DNA of 58,992 nt, filler included. It is 7 parts of 7 records of this genome, joined end to end, with 100 filler letters (N's around TTAATTAATTAA, not from the genome) between each part and the next. Parts side by side here need not be neighbours in the genome. Positions count along the whole stretch, not along the records: positions 1 to 8,649 come from SRR31147125_27164; positions 8,750 to 21,175 come from SRR31147125_27209; 5 more parts are not named here. One strand, written 5' to 3'. Positions within the stretch are counted from its first letter, which is position 1; the number at the start of each line of letters is the position of its first letter. The notes under the pieces are model-generated. The model did no database searches, was not told the DNA's origin, and saw only the letters and a list, made by a program, of their open reading frames with translations. This document shows, piece after piece, positions 1 to 11,181 of the stretch. The position numbers were made by a program, and so were the translations under genes.

Positions 1-56
1 TTTTTTTAAAAGTTAGCCCATATAAAATCTCATTTTTTGAAACCCAATTTGTAATC

Positions 57-2268
57 ATGACAATAAAACACGTTCGAAAAAAATCAAAAAATAATAACAA
101 TAAACTCTACCAGCTTTTTTGGAGTTCGTTATTACGCCGAGTTGCGCTGTTAGCAACCATTTTTTTGCCTTTTTATAATTGCATGGCTCGCCATCCTGTG
201 TAAAGATCTGCCATCTTTTGCGCAACTTGAAAAGTATGAGCCGGATCTGGCTACAAAAGTATATTCTGCCGATGATAAACTCTTGACAGAATTTTTCACA
301 GAAAGACGTGTATTCATACCCTTGAGTAATATCCCCACTCTGGTCCAAAATGCTGTTTTAGACACTGAAGACCATCGTTTTTTTGATCATTGGGGAATAG
401 TTCCAATTCGTCTTATCAAAGTTGTATTTACAGATCTGTTAACAATGAGTAAGCAGCAAGGAGGAAGTACACTAACACAGCAGCTTGCCCGCCGTCTTTA
501 CCTCACGCCGGAAAAAACAATAACAAGAAAATTAAAAGAAATCATAACTGCCATTCAACTGGAAAGAACATATACAAAATCCGAAATTCTGGAAATGTAT
601 ATGAACCATATGCAATTTGGACATGGTACCTATGGCGTTGAAGCAGCATCACAGCGTTTTTTTAATAAAACAGTGCGACAACTTGATTATAAAGAGTGCG
701 CCTTGATTGCAGGTATGCTTCAAAGACCGGGTTATTTAAATCCATTCCGTTATCCTGAGCGTGCTGCAAAACGAAGAAACGTCGTTCTCTCTCGTATGTT
801 AAGCGAAGAACATATTACCAAAGATGAGTATAATGAGGGTATTCAGTCAGACCTGAATTTAGCATCCAAAACTGAAAACCCAACAACCGAATTTGCTGCT
901 TATTTTGTCGAAGATGTACGTCGTAAATTAGATAAAAAATTTGGCAGAGATCTTTATACCGGCGGTATGAAAATCTATACTACATTAGATTCTCGTGTAC
1001 AGGCCTGTGCTGAAACAGCGGTTGCCACGTTTCTCCCCAAGGTGCAGGCAGTCGTTAACAGGCATATGCGCAGGAAAAACGAATTCGCTCGCCTTGTTCC
1101 GCCAAGTCATCTCCAAAAAAGAACGCTGGATCAGTTATTAGCTGATAAAACTTATGTCGATTCTCTTATCAATAAAAAAGCTGCCGTGCAAGTTGCTCTT
1201 GTTTGTCTCGATCCAAGAAACGGACATGTTAAAGCGATGATTGGAGGACGTAGCTTTCTGGAAAGTCAATTCAACAGAGCGGTTCAGGCTCGACGACAAC
1301 CGGGATCCGTATTTAAACCCATTGTTTATACAGCTGCTGTGGATAATGGGTATATGCCTTGTTATGAAAAACTCAATCAACCTATTGTTGTCCATATGCC
1401 AGATGGTTCCAGATGGACACCCCACAATTACGGCGAATCCATTGGTGGCAAAACCACACTCCGGGAGGGATTGAGAAGATCCCTCAATTTAATAACCGCC
1501 AGATTGATCCAGGAGGATATTCCACCGGAACAGGTTGTTAAATATGCCCGTAATCTGGGAATAACAACTCCATTAGAAGCCGTTGATGCCATTGGCCTCG
1601 GTGCTATAGGCGTTATCCCAATGGAAATAATTTCAGCGTTTGGTGTTTTTCCCAATAAAGGTGTCCTCGTGAGACCTGTTTCTGTCTTACGAGTAGCCGA
1701 TAAATTTGACAACATACTGGAAACTTCCAGCCCGGAAAGTAAAGGTGTGCTCAGAGAAGAAACAGCTTATATTATAGCAAACATGCTCCAGACAGTCGCT
1801 TCCCGTGGTACAGGCGCGACATCAAGGTCTGTTTACAAATTCCTAAGACCAGCTGGAGGTAAAACAGGGACCACAAATGATTTTACCGATGCATGGTATG
1901 TAACGTTTACACCTCAACTGGTTTCAGGAGTGTGGGTCGGATTGGATGATCCATCTTTAAGTTTAGGCAAAAGACAATCCGGTGCTATAGCAGCATTACC
2001 AATTAATGCCACATTTATGAAGGCAGCGCATGACACGCTTGGATTGCCTGTAGAAGATTTTGTCCGTCCTCAGGGAGTTGTTGAACTGGATATTTGTTCC
2101 GAAACAAAACAATTGGCAACGGACTTTTGCCCGGACGTCATCACGGAAATATTCGACGTCAGATATCAACCTAAAGGAGTCTGTCAACAGCACACGGGTG
2201 AACGCAGCCGAAACCAAAAAATGACAAACCAACATCGACCCAAAAAAGATAAGATACTAATTTCATAA
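57..2268 (+). CDS. mrcA: Class A penicillin-binding protein 1A (transglycosylase/transpeptidase), one apparent frameshift at T7 160-166
   Basis: Transglycosylase motifs EDHRFFDHWG, GGSTLTQQL, RKLKE; transpeptidase motifs SVFK, SLN, KTG. ATG at 57 gives a basic N-terminus and a hydrophobic anchor that joins the 283..2268 frame if one T is removed. Confidence 0.92.
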
Positions 2269-2493
2269 ACCAACAGGATATTATAACCAACTGAATTTAT
2301 CTTAATAATTTAATATAACCTGATAACTTACACAAAACTCATAATAAACATCTATACCTTCATCGTTCCATACTGCTAGTGTTATTCTTTTTTACACACC
2401 TGCAATAATATTCTCTCTTGGAATTTTGAAATTTATTTTTTAGATTTATGAATGTGCAAAGTTAGAGTCAATAATATTTGTGAGGTATTTCCA

Positions 2494-3378
2494 ATGCATA
2501 CAGATGAAAACATGAAAATCAAAATTGGACTTGCAGAAATGCTTAAAGGTGGCGTGATTATGGATGTTACGACACCGGAACAAGCTAAAATAGCTGAAGA
2601 TGCAGGTGCTGTAGCAGTGATGGCTTTAGAACGTATTCCAGCTGACATCCGCGCACAAGGTGGCGTCGCACGTATGTCCAACCCAAGTATGATTACAGGT
2701 ATACAAAATATTGTTTCAATTCCGGTTATGGCAAAATGCCGTATAGGTCATTTTGCAGAGGCACAGGTACTTCAAGCTCTTGGGATTGATTTTATCGATG
2801 AAAGCGAAGTATTAACACCCGCAGATGAGGAATTCCACGTGGATAAATGGAAATTCAAGATTCCTTTTGTATGTGGATGTCGCGACCTGGGTGAGGCTCT
2901 TCGCCGCATAGCAGAAGGTGCAGCCATGATCCGTACTAAAGGAGAAGCCGGAAGCGGTAATATCGTCGAAGCAGTCAGGCATATGCGCTCTGTGCAAAGC
3001 GGTATCAAAAGAATCACTCTCTTAAATGATGAAGAATTGGTTACTGAAGGAAAAAATCTGGGAGCCCCGGTTGAATTACTCAGAGAAGTAAAAAAGTTAA
3101 AAAAACTTCCGGTCCCCAATTTCTCAGCCGGTGGTGTTGCCACTCCAGCAGATGCCTCTCTCATGATGCAGTTGGGCGCTGAAACGGTATTCGTCGGAAG
3201 TGGAATTTTTAAATCGGATGACCCGGAAACACGGGCAAAGGCGATTGTGTCCGCGACCACTCATTATATGGACTTTGACCTTATCGCAAAAGTGTCAGAA
3301 GGGCTAGGCGATGCCATGCCAGGACTCGATATTGCCAAATTACCAGAAAATGAGCGCATGGCCACCCGTGGTTGGTAA
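2494..3378 (+). CDS. pdxS: Pyridoxal 5'-phosphate synthase lyase subunit
   Basis: [43 protein letters not shown] and C-terminal MATRGW; GAGGT RBS before ATG 2494. Confidence 0.97.
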   Translation: MHTDENMKIKIGLAEMLKGGVIMDVTTPEQAKIAEDAGAVAVMALERIPADIRAQGGVARMSNPSMITGIQNIVSIPVMAKCRIGHFAEAQVLQALGIDFIDESEVLTPADEEFHVDKWKFKIPFVCGCRDLGEALRRIAEGAAMIRTKGEAGSGNIVEAVRHMRSVQSGIKRITLLNDEELVTEGKNLGAPVELLREVKKLKKLPVPNFSAGGVATPADASLMMQLGAETVFVGSGIFKSDDPETRAKAIVSATTHYMDFDLIAKVSEGLGDAMPGLDIAKLPENERMATRGW

Positions 3379-3490
3379 TGTATTAACGAACCATGTATTT
3401 CCGGTTTTGTAACAGATGCTGAATCAGATTTTATGTCTCATTTTTTAAGGCATATTTTAACATTGTTGAATCATATTATTTAAATAAAAA

Positions 3491-4075
3491 ATGAATATTG
3501 GTATTTTAGCCCTGCAGGGTGATTTTGCAAAACATAAAGAAAAGATTGATCTATTAGGAGAAAAGTCACTTTTAGTGAAAACAAAAAGTGACTTGTTTTC
3601 CTGCGATGGTCTCATCATACCCGGTGGAGAATCGACAACTCTTACGACTCTGATGAAAAAGCATGGTTTATGGGACGATATTTACACATTTGCGCTACAT
3701 AAACCTGTCTTTGGAACCTGTGCCGGACTTATTGTGTTATCAACTCAGGTTATAACAAATAATTTTAAAACGTTAAAACTGCTGGATATTGCTGTCACCC
3801 GTAATGCATATGGTCGGCAAATCGACTCCTTCATTGATACAGTTGACGTCAGGCTTGATTCAGCCACCTTTCCATTCAAGGGTGTCTTTATCAGAGCACC
3901 CAAAATTAATCGTTTGGGGGAAAATGTTGTGCCCTTGGCATGGCATAATAATGACATTGTATTGGCTGAAGGAGGTAACATACTTGTCTCCACTTTTCAT
4001 CCGGAATTGTCTGATGATTCGAGAATTCATCAATACTTTATAGAAAAAATCAATAAAAATGGTTCAAAAGCATAA
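3491..4075 (+). CDS. pdxT: PLP synthase glutaminase subunit
   Basis: GILALQGDF, IIPGGESTT, FGTCAG, RNAYGRQ, FIRAP, FHPEL; adjacent to pdxS. Confidence 0.97.
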   Translation: MNIGILALQGDFAKHKEKIDLLGEKSLLVKTKSDLFSCDGLIIPGGESTTLTTLMKKHGLWDDIYTFALHKPVFGTCAGLIVLSTQVITNNFKTLKLLDIAVTRNAYGRQIDSFIDTVDVRLDSATFPFKGVFIRAPKINRLGENVVPLAWHNNDIVLAEGGNILVSTFHPELSDDSRIHQYFIEKINKNGSKA

Positions 4076-4225
4076 TCTTTAACTCTTTGGACTATTCTGC
4101 GTGAGTCCCATTCTGTGTTTTGTAAAGTACGGCTATTTCTTTTTCTGAGTATATTAAGTATATTGATTATATTGTCCAGTGCATAATCACTTTATAAATC
4201 ACTACTAGTTTTAATCGGGAGAAAG

Positions 4226-5190
4226 ATGTTTTCATATCAATCTGCAGGAATAAAATTAACCGATTCACAATTTTGGTTGGATGCACACCGTAAAGTTCCT
4301 TTTTCATTCGTTTCCCATGGTCACACTGATCACTTAAAAAATCACGATAAAATCCTGGCAACACCGGCAACAATAAAATTTCATGCGCTCCGGGCAAAAC
4401 AGAAAAAGGCAGTACCATTAGAATTTAATAAAACCATCCATATAGATGGATATTCTGTTCAACTATATCCAGCCGGCCATATTCTCGGATCTGCCATGAT
4501 TTGGCTGGAACGTGATGGTATTTCTTTATTATACACAGGTGATTTTAAAATGCAACACGGCTGGACTGCCGAATCCATCGAGATACCTGAAGCGGATATC
4601 CTTATTATGGAATCCACTTTTGGCCATCCGGATTATACAATCAACTCGTCCCGGGACGATTTGAAAAATCAACTCTTGCATTTTATTACACAGAGTTTTA
4701 AGCAAAGAAAAAACCTGTTGTACTAGCTTACAGCCTTGGCAAGGCACAGGAAGCCATGAAAATGCTGGGTGATATGGAATTATCCGTTCGGGTTCAAAAA
4801 TCAGCCTGGGATTTGGCTCGGGTTTATGAGGATTTCGGCATTTCATTTAATAACTGCAAACTCTGGCACGAAAACGACTTGAATCCCGATGAGGTACTCA
4901 TTTTTCCGCCTCACCTCTGTCGACATGAGAACTTTCGTGCAATCTCCGGAAAACGAACTGTATTTCTTTCCGGATGGGCTAAGAGAAATAATGGTTTTCG
5001 GGTTTATAGCGATCACGCCATTGCAATGAGCGACCACGCTGATTTTGACGAACTATTAGAATTTGTAAAAAAGGTGAATCCCAAAAAAGTGTTTACAACT
5101 CATGGATTCAACGATTTTCCCAAACATATTAATTCCATTGGATACAAGGCGCAGGTACTTGAACCAAACTCTCAAATTGTTCTATTCTAA
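4226..5190 (+). CDS. MBL-fold/beta-CASP nuclease (ligase-associated DNA damage response exonuclease-like), frameshift at A6 4708-4713
   Basis: SHGHTDH, AGHILGS, YTGDF and MESTFG in ORF 4226..4726; the shifted frame continues PVVLAYSLGKAQE into ORF 4756..5190 with SDHADF and THG. Confidence 0.85.
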
Positions 5191-5386
5191 ATGTCAAAAT
5201 TCGAATGTAAAACCATATTTTTATATTTACTATTTTCAAACTATTATCTCAAAATTCCTGTAATCTCTCATTCCAGAGTCCATTGTGACCTGTTCCAGAA
5301 TATTAGATACTCATTATCTTTTTAACATTTGGTTGACTTTTAATCCTATATATCGTTTTTTCAGGTTTATAAATTGGATACGTCTT

Positions 5387-6625
5387 GTGAAAATCCCTTT
5401 TAAATACATATTCCTGTTTTGGGGCCTGATTCCTTTAATTTTAAATTGCAACCAGAACAATGCTCCTGATCCCTTTCCCATACTTGCATGTTATAAACAC
5501 GACACAAATGTGACTCCATCTGAGCACTTGTTGAGTTTACGATATGCAGGATTTACCTCAAGCATGGTGGATTTTAATCCTCAACAAAATGTGTCCGCAC
5601 TATTACGAGCGGATTCGCTGGATATGAAACTATTTGTATCCGATTTTCGATTTGAACAATTTTTAAAAGACACCTCTGCCTCCTTGAACCCAATAGACAG
5701 CGTCATATCAGAATATAGTCACTTACCGGCATTTAATGGCTACTACTTAAAAAAAACACCAGACATAAAGCATCGTGCTCAACTGGAAACGGTTAAAGCC
5801 TATATACGAGAAAAAGACCCGAGTCATCCAATTTATTTTAATCTGCTCCCGGATTATTCTACTATTTCAGACTTGAGTACAAGTACGTTTCAAAATGATC
5901 TTGACAGTTTATTGTTAAATCTTTCTCCCGCCTTTTTCAATTATACACTCTATTTAAATTATGAAATGAGTAAAAACTATTATGGATTTTTAGATATCAT
6001 TCGGGATAAATCCATAGAATACCAGATTCCGTCCTGGTCGTTTACCATCTCACCACCGCCTGAACATTATCCATATCCGGAAAAATCGTATTTACGGGTG
6101 CAGGTATTCAGTGCGCTGGCTTATGGTGCTAAAGGATTGCAGTATTCTGGCTTTAAAACTCATAAAAATACTATTAACGGAAATTCAAACAATAACCATG
6201 CTTTTATCGATCTTACATCTCAAGTTCACAAATATATCGCCTCAATCAACTCGGACATTAACATGATAAGCTCGACACTACATCCATTCGTATCTACAGG
6301 CACTTTTCACAGCTCCCCTGTACCGCAAGGATGTAGCCCCCTGGGGCATAATCTGCCTGTCACCTATATCAAAGGGGAAAGCATATTAGCAGGCTTTTTT
6401 AAAAATATAAAAGGGCACAATTTTGTTTTGCTTGTAAATAAAAACTTTCTTCAGGGAGCCAAACCAACAATTTACTTTTACCAAAAAACAAGGCAGATTC
6501 TCGAAATAGGAAAACGTAATAGCATGGAACCACTGACAATTTCATGGTCAAAATCTGAAAAAAATAAAAGCGTTTCCTTGTTATTCAAAGCCGGCGAAGG
6601 TCGTCTTTTTAAAATTATCGATTAA
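5387..6625 (+). CDS. Putative lipoprotein of unknown function, possibly glycoside-hydrolase-like
   Basis: Long ORF; GTG at 5387 gives a basic/hydrophobic signal ending LILNC; segments DPSHPIYFNLLP and VFSALAYGAKGLQY resemble TIM-barrel GH-like hypotheticals. Confidence 0.55.
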   Translation: MKIPFKYIFLFWGLIPLILNCNQNNAPDPFPILACYKHDTNVTPSEHLLSLRYAGFTSSMVDFNPQQNVSALLRADSLDMKLFVSDFRFEQFLKDTSASLNPIDSVISEYSHLPAFNGYYLKKTPDIKHRAQLETVKAYIREKDPSHPIYFNLLPDYSTISDLSTSTFQNDLDSLLLNLSPAFFNYTLYLNYEMSKNYYGFLDIIRDKSIEYQIPSWSFTISPPPEHYPYPEKSYLRVQVFSALAYGAKGLQYSGFKTHKNTINGNSNNNHAFIDLTSQVHKYIASINSDINMISSTLHPFVSTGTFHSSPVPQGCSPLGHNLPVTYIKGESILAGFFKNIKGHNFVLLVNKNFLQGAKPTIYFYQKTRQILEIGKRNSMEPLTISWSKSEKNKSVSLLFKAGEGRLFKIID

Positions 6626-6827
6626 TTCTACACCCCCTTTTATCTCCAACCAGCCACCTGACAACATATGTTATGCAATCAATACCTGTGCAATACCTTT
6701 ATTGAATGGAAAACGTCCCTGGTCTGACATTTTAGAAAAATGTGATACAAATATGCTGCTCAGAATGAGAACGATGGCCATGACAACGTATCAACTTTTG
6801 TCATAATCTTTGCTGTTACTTTCCTAT

Positions 6828-6870
6828 AATAAAAAAACCGTGACAGAATGTCCATCACGGTTTTTTTATT
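6828..6870. terminator. Bidirectional intrinsic terminator
   Basis: Perfect 16-bp inverted repeat AATAAAAAAACCGTGA / TCACGGTTTTTTTATT with A/T tracts, between convergent genes. Confidence 0.8.
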
Positions 6871-6933
6871 TTTTCTCTTTTTCCTTGAAAACAAATAAGG
6901 ATAAATTTCAAAAAAATCTTTGTTGTATTTAAC

Positions 6934-7504
6934 CTATTTACGAAGTTGTTCCGTTAACTTTTTTTCAACATCTCCCGGGCACGAAAGATTCGAACTTTGA
7001 CCGTACCAAGTGGAATACCCAACTCATCAGCTATCTCTTCATAAGATTGATCTTTGGTGTGGCGCAGGATAATTGCGTCTTTATATTTATCTGGCAATGA
7101 ATCAATAGCTTTTTTAATCTGAAAAGACTTTTCTTTTGACAAGAGACCATGTTCCGGCCCCTGTTCATGATTCGGATACTCCCGACTGCGCTCTCCATCC
7201 TTGGATTGTATCGGATTATCAAGAGGATACGTTTTTAATCGTTTTTTCCGAAAATAATCGATACAATTATTTGCCGCTATTTTATACAGCCATGTCGAAA
7301 ATGCATAATCAGCATTAAATGAAGCAAGGGCTTTAAATGCCTTGATAAAGGTTTCTTGCGTAATGTCTTCGGCCTCTTCACGGTTTTTGACCATTCGAAA
7401 AACCAGGCCGTAAATTTGACCACGATAACGATCTACAATACAAGCATAAGCTTCCTGATCGCCCTCGAGTGCTTTTGAATAAGTAAGGAATTTGATTCGC
7501 TCAT
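6934..7504 (-). CDS. ECF sigma-70 factor (SigW/RpoE-like), frameshifts at 7473-7476 and 6959-6965
   Basis: Region 2 AEDITQETFIKAF and FSTWLYKIAANNCID; region 4 SYEEIADELGIPLGTVKVRIFRAR; reconstructed N-terminus MSESNSLLIQKALEGDQEAY. Confidence 0.9.
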
Positions 7505-7692
7505 AGTCGTATATTTCATTATTAGCCTAATTTTTCAAAATACAGTAATTTTATTAAACAAGCAAGTAAAAGTTGTTGCAAATGACTATCATAAGTGTTA
7601 ATTTATTCAATATAATAAGTATTGTTAATAGTCAGAACATTTTCATTACAATCGTTCAATTCAAATAAAAATCTTAACATCTTTTCAAATTC

Positions 7693-8069
7693 ATGAAAAC
7701 ATCATATCAATCCGTTGGCATTGATATCGTAGATATTGCCAGATTCGAAAAAATTATTAATCGCTGGGGCGATCGCTTTCTGCAGCGAATTCTAACAGCG
7801 AACGAACGTGCTTATTGCCAAAAAAAGTAACAAAAGTTCAGTCCATGGCTGTTCGATTTGCTGCAAAAGAGGCCTTTATTAAATGTCTGTCTGAGGATTT
7901 AATCGCTTCCTTTGGTTGGCAGGATATGGAAATAAAAAACAAACAAAATGGCAAGCCTTTTGTTGTTTTACATGGACATGTAGCACAGGTCCTGAACGAA
8001 AACAATATACTTGTCAGTCTGTCTCATACTGCCACCTCTGCTGTGGCAATTATAATTCTGCAAGAATGA
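7693..8069 (+). CDS. acpS: Holo-ACP synthase, frameshift at A7 7820-7826
   Basis: VGIDIVDIARF from ATG 7693, then RFAAKEAFIK, GKP and VSLSHT in the shifted frame. Confidence 0.92.
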
Positions 8070-8082
8070 GGAAAAAACGGGT

Positions 8083-8649
8083 ATGAAATCCATCGTAACC
8101 GCCAGTCAAATGGCAGCAATGGACAACTATGCTATCAACCAGATGCATATACCTGGTACGATACTCATGGAGAATGCCGGCATTGGGATTGTTAAATCCG
8201 CATTAACTCTCCTTGACAATCTCCATTCTAAATGTATCCATATTTATTGTGGACCAGGCAACAATGGTGGTGATGGTTATGTTGTTGCGAGACACCTCTT
8301 AAACAAGGGAGCTCTCGTTGAAACTTTTGTCCTCGCAAAACGGAGTAAAATCAAAGGAGACGCGGAAATTAATCTGGCTATCCTGGAAACAATGGGAGGA
8401 CATATCACCTTTATTGATAAAATCCCAAATATGCCAGATAAACATCCGGACCTGATCGTGGATGCCATTTTAGGAACAGGTGTTAAAGGTCCTCTACAAG
8501 GGCTTTTTGCTGACATTGTTACTTTTATCAACTCGTTAAACGTTCCGGTTTTGGCCGTAGATATTCCAACGGGTGTCAATGCGGATACAGGTGTCGTTTA
8601 TGGTCCGGCGATCAAAGCGACAAAAACAACGACGATGGCCTTGATCAAA
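8083..8649 (+). CDS. nnrE: NAD(P)H-hydrate epimerase (YjeF N-terminal domain), truncated by contig end
   Basis: LMENAG, CGPGNNGGDG, VDAILGTG, AVDIPTG. Confidence 0.92.
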
Positions 8650-8749
8650 NNNNNNNNNNNNNNNNNNNNNNNNNNNNNNNNNNNNNNNNNNNNTTAATTA
8701 ATTAANNNNNNNNNNNNNNNNNNNNNNNNNNNNNNNNNNNNNNNNNNNN
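8650..8749. other. Artificial contig-joining linker
   Basis: N44-TTAATTAATTAA-N44, with stops in all six frames. Confidence 0.98.
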
Positions 8750-9956
8750 GGTTTAAAGCAGACAAGAAACTATAGCTGTCTTCGGCAGCATTATCCGAAT
8801 ATTCAGCACCAATAACATCGGCAACGGTGGCGAATAAATCGGTGGTGCAAACCAATTGCTCCGACTTCCCTGTTTTTACTTTTGCCGGCCAATTTACAAC
8901 GTAAGGAACGCGGTGACCACCTTCAAAAATGTCGGCTTTGTGTCCACGGAAAACATAACTCGGGTCGTGTCCTTTGGTTTCAAGTTGCGCATAATCAGCC
9001 ATTGGCGAACATCCGTTATCGCTGGTAAAAATAACCAGGGTATTTTCTGCAATTCCATTTTCTTTCAGAGCATTCATCACCTGGCCAACAACATCGTCAA
9101 CCATCATTACAAAATCGCCGTATGGATTTTCCAAACCACTTTTCCCTTTAAATTCAGGAGTTGGCAGAATTGGGGTATGGGGAGCAGGCAGTGGCATGTA
9201 CACAAAAAATGGCTGTTCGCCTTTCGCATTTTCAGTTATAAACTGAACTGTCTTTTTTGTAACATCGGGCAATACCTGTTCATGTTCAAAATCATCTGAC
9301 GTCAGGCCTTTTCTCCACCACGATTGTTTTCCTTTATCAACAGTATATTTCTGCGGTACCATGGTTGGCATTCCATTTTCTACCCACACGTACGGAGCCA
9401 TATCAAGTGAGCCACAAAAACCAAAGCTGTAATCAAATCCGCGCGTATCGGGTCCATTTTGCACAGGTTTCGAGAAATCAACAGCAGGAGCTGCATTTAA
9501 ATTATTACGGTTTAATGAGTCTTCAGCAGAAATGGCCCAATCCCAGCCAAGATGCCATTTTCCGATGTAAGCTGTTTTATATCCATTCTCCTTTAAAAAA
9601 CCGGCAACCGTTAAACGGTCGGGAGCGATTAAGGCTTTACTGTAACCACTTAAAACACCCTGTTTTAATGTCGAACGCCAATTATAACGCCCGGTTAAAA
9701 TACCGTAACGAGTTGGTGTACACACAGCAGAACTGGTATGAGCATCGGTAAACATAAATCCTCCACTTGCCAGCTCATCAATATTCGGAGTTTTTATTTT
9801 TGAGTTCTCGTTGTAACACGAAACATCGCCATAGCCCAAATCGTCGGCTAAAATAAATACGATATTTGGATTTGTTTTTTCCTGTTCTTTCTGAACAGAG
9901 CATGCAGCCAGCAATACAGCCACTGCGATATAAATTATGGTTTTAGGTAAATTCAT
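8750..9956 (-). CDS. Arylsulfatase-family (S1) lipoprotein, 3' truncated
   Basis: Lipobox LAAC; PNIVFILADDLGYGD, CTPTR formylglycine motif, GKWHLG, FTSDNG. Confidence 0.93.
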
Positions 9957-9980
9957 TTCTTAAAATATTTTTTGAATCTG

Positions 9981-11103
9981 TTATAAATCGGTTCTCAGAG
10001 GAACTACCATATTGAGTACGTTCAAATTGCCAGGCTTTTGGTCCGGTTCCAGTAGCTGCAAACAAGTGGGTAGGCACGCCATCTTCAACCAAAACAAAAG
10101 GTCGTTCAAAATGATTGTGTTCAGATGTTGTTCCATCTTCCCAAACTACTTTTTTGCTGTAAGCTTTTAACTTATCAAACAGTTGCCAGTTCACTCCGTC
10201 TTTCGACCAAACATGAATTCCTCCGCCTTCTTCTCCACAAATTTCTCCTGAACGGTCTTTCAGAATCGCCTCATATCTATCTTTGGCCCACCAAATGTAT
10301 GGGTCTTCAACATCAATTCGATTATTATCTTCTGTTTCGAATCTAAATATCGGCTCTTCGCTCAAACGCTCGTATGGCCCTTCCGGTTTTTGAGCTTTTG
10401 AAACGCCCAATAATAATGGGGGAACAAGGCCGGTTGCTGAAGATTTATACATCAATAAAATTTCGCCGGTTTTATCGTTAACTGCCGGCGCCGGATTAGA
10501 AGTAATCGAAGAATCCCAATGACCGGAACGCGGTTCAATTACCGGTTTATCCAATCGTTTCCATGGTCCGTAAACGCTTTTGCTAATCGCCACTCCTACT
10601 CGCTTATTCATCCAGGCTGCATCCCAGTTTTCTTTGCCAACATTAGGATTAGCTGCGTCGGGTTGCGGAAAATCATACGTATTTCCGAAGTAATACAATA
10701 AGTATTCGTCTTTATATTTTACAATACGCGGATTATGGGTGCACATTCCGTCCCAATATTGTTTGCCACGCACCGGTAACACCACATCATGAAATTCGTA
10801 GGGCCCAATTGGAGTATCAGCAACTGCATGAACCACCTGCGAGTTGGTTACCCAATTTCCAAAATTTACTTCTTTCGACCATCTGCTGGCAAACATGTGG
10901 TATCTTCCATCTTCTCCTTTTATTACCGAAGAACCCCAAATCCAATAATCAGGATCAGAAAATCCACCATTTTTGGGTGCAGGTAAAATTCTATCGATAA
11001 AAGCAATGTCGTTTGCTGAAGTTCCACAACTTAAAAAAGAAGGAGCCATGGTTAAACCGGATATTCCGGCGGCAGAAAGCCGAATAAAATTGCGTCGTTG
11101 CAT
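9981..11103 (-). CDS. Tat-exported five-bladed beta-propeller glycoside hydrolase (GH43/GH117-like clan), probable frameshift near 10010
   Basis: RRNFI Tat signal; WIWGSSVIKGEDGRYHMFASRW, HNPRI, SNPAP, EDPYIW, ERPFV. The alternative frame gives a plausible end NMVVPLRTDL-stop that removes the overlap with the sulfatase. Confidence 0.75.
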
Positions 11104-11181
11104 AATTGGTTTAATTTACAGCTGCAAGATAAGAAAAAAGGAAACATGCTGTGCTGTGCTGTCATGTATTTTTACAATGAA

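Noticed and set aside
2772-3260. Long antisense ORFs (e.g. 2772..3260, 8856..9299, 16182..16625, 43498..43992)
   Set aside because: They are shadows of well-supported genes on the opposite strand and have no recognisable motifs
8694-8705. Recurring TTAATTAATTAA palindrome as a biological repeat or att site
   Set aside because: All six copies are centred in identical N44 flanks, so it is an assembly spacer
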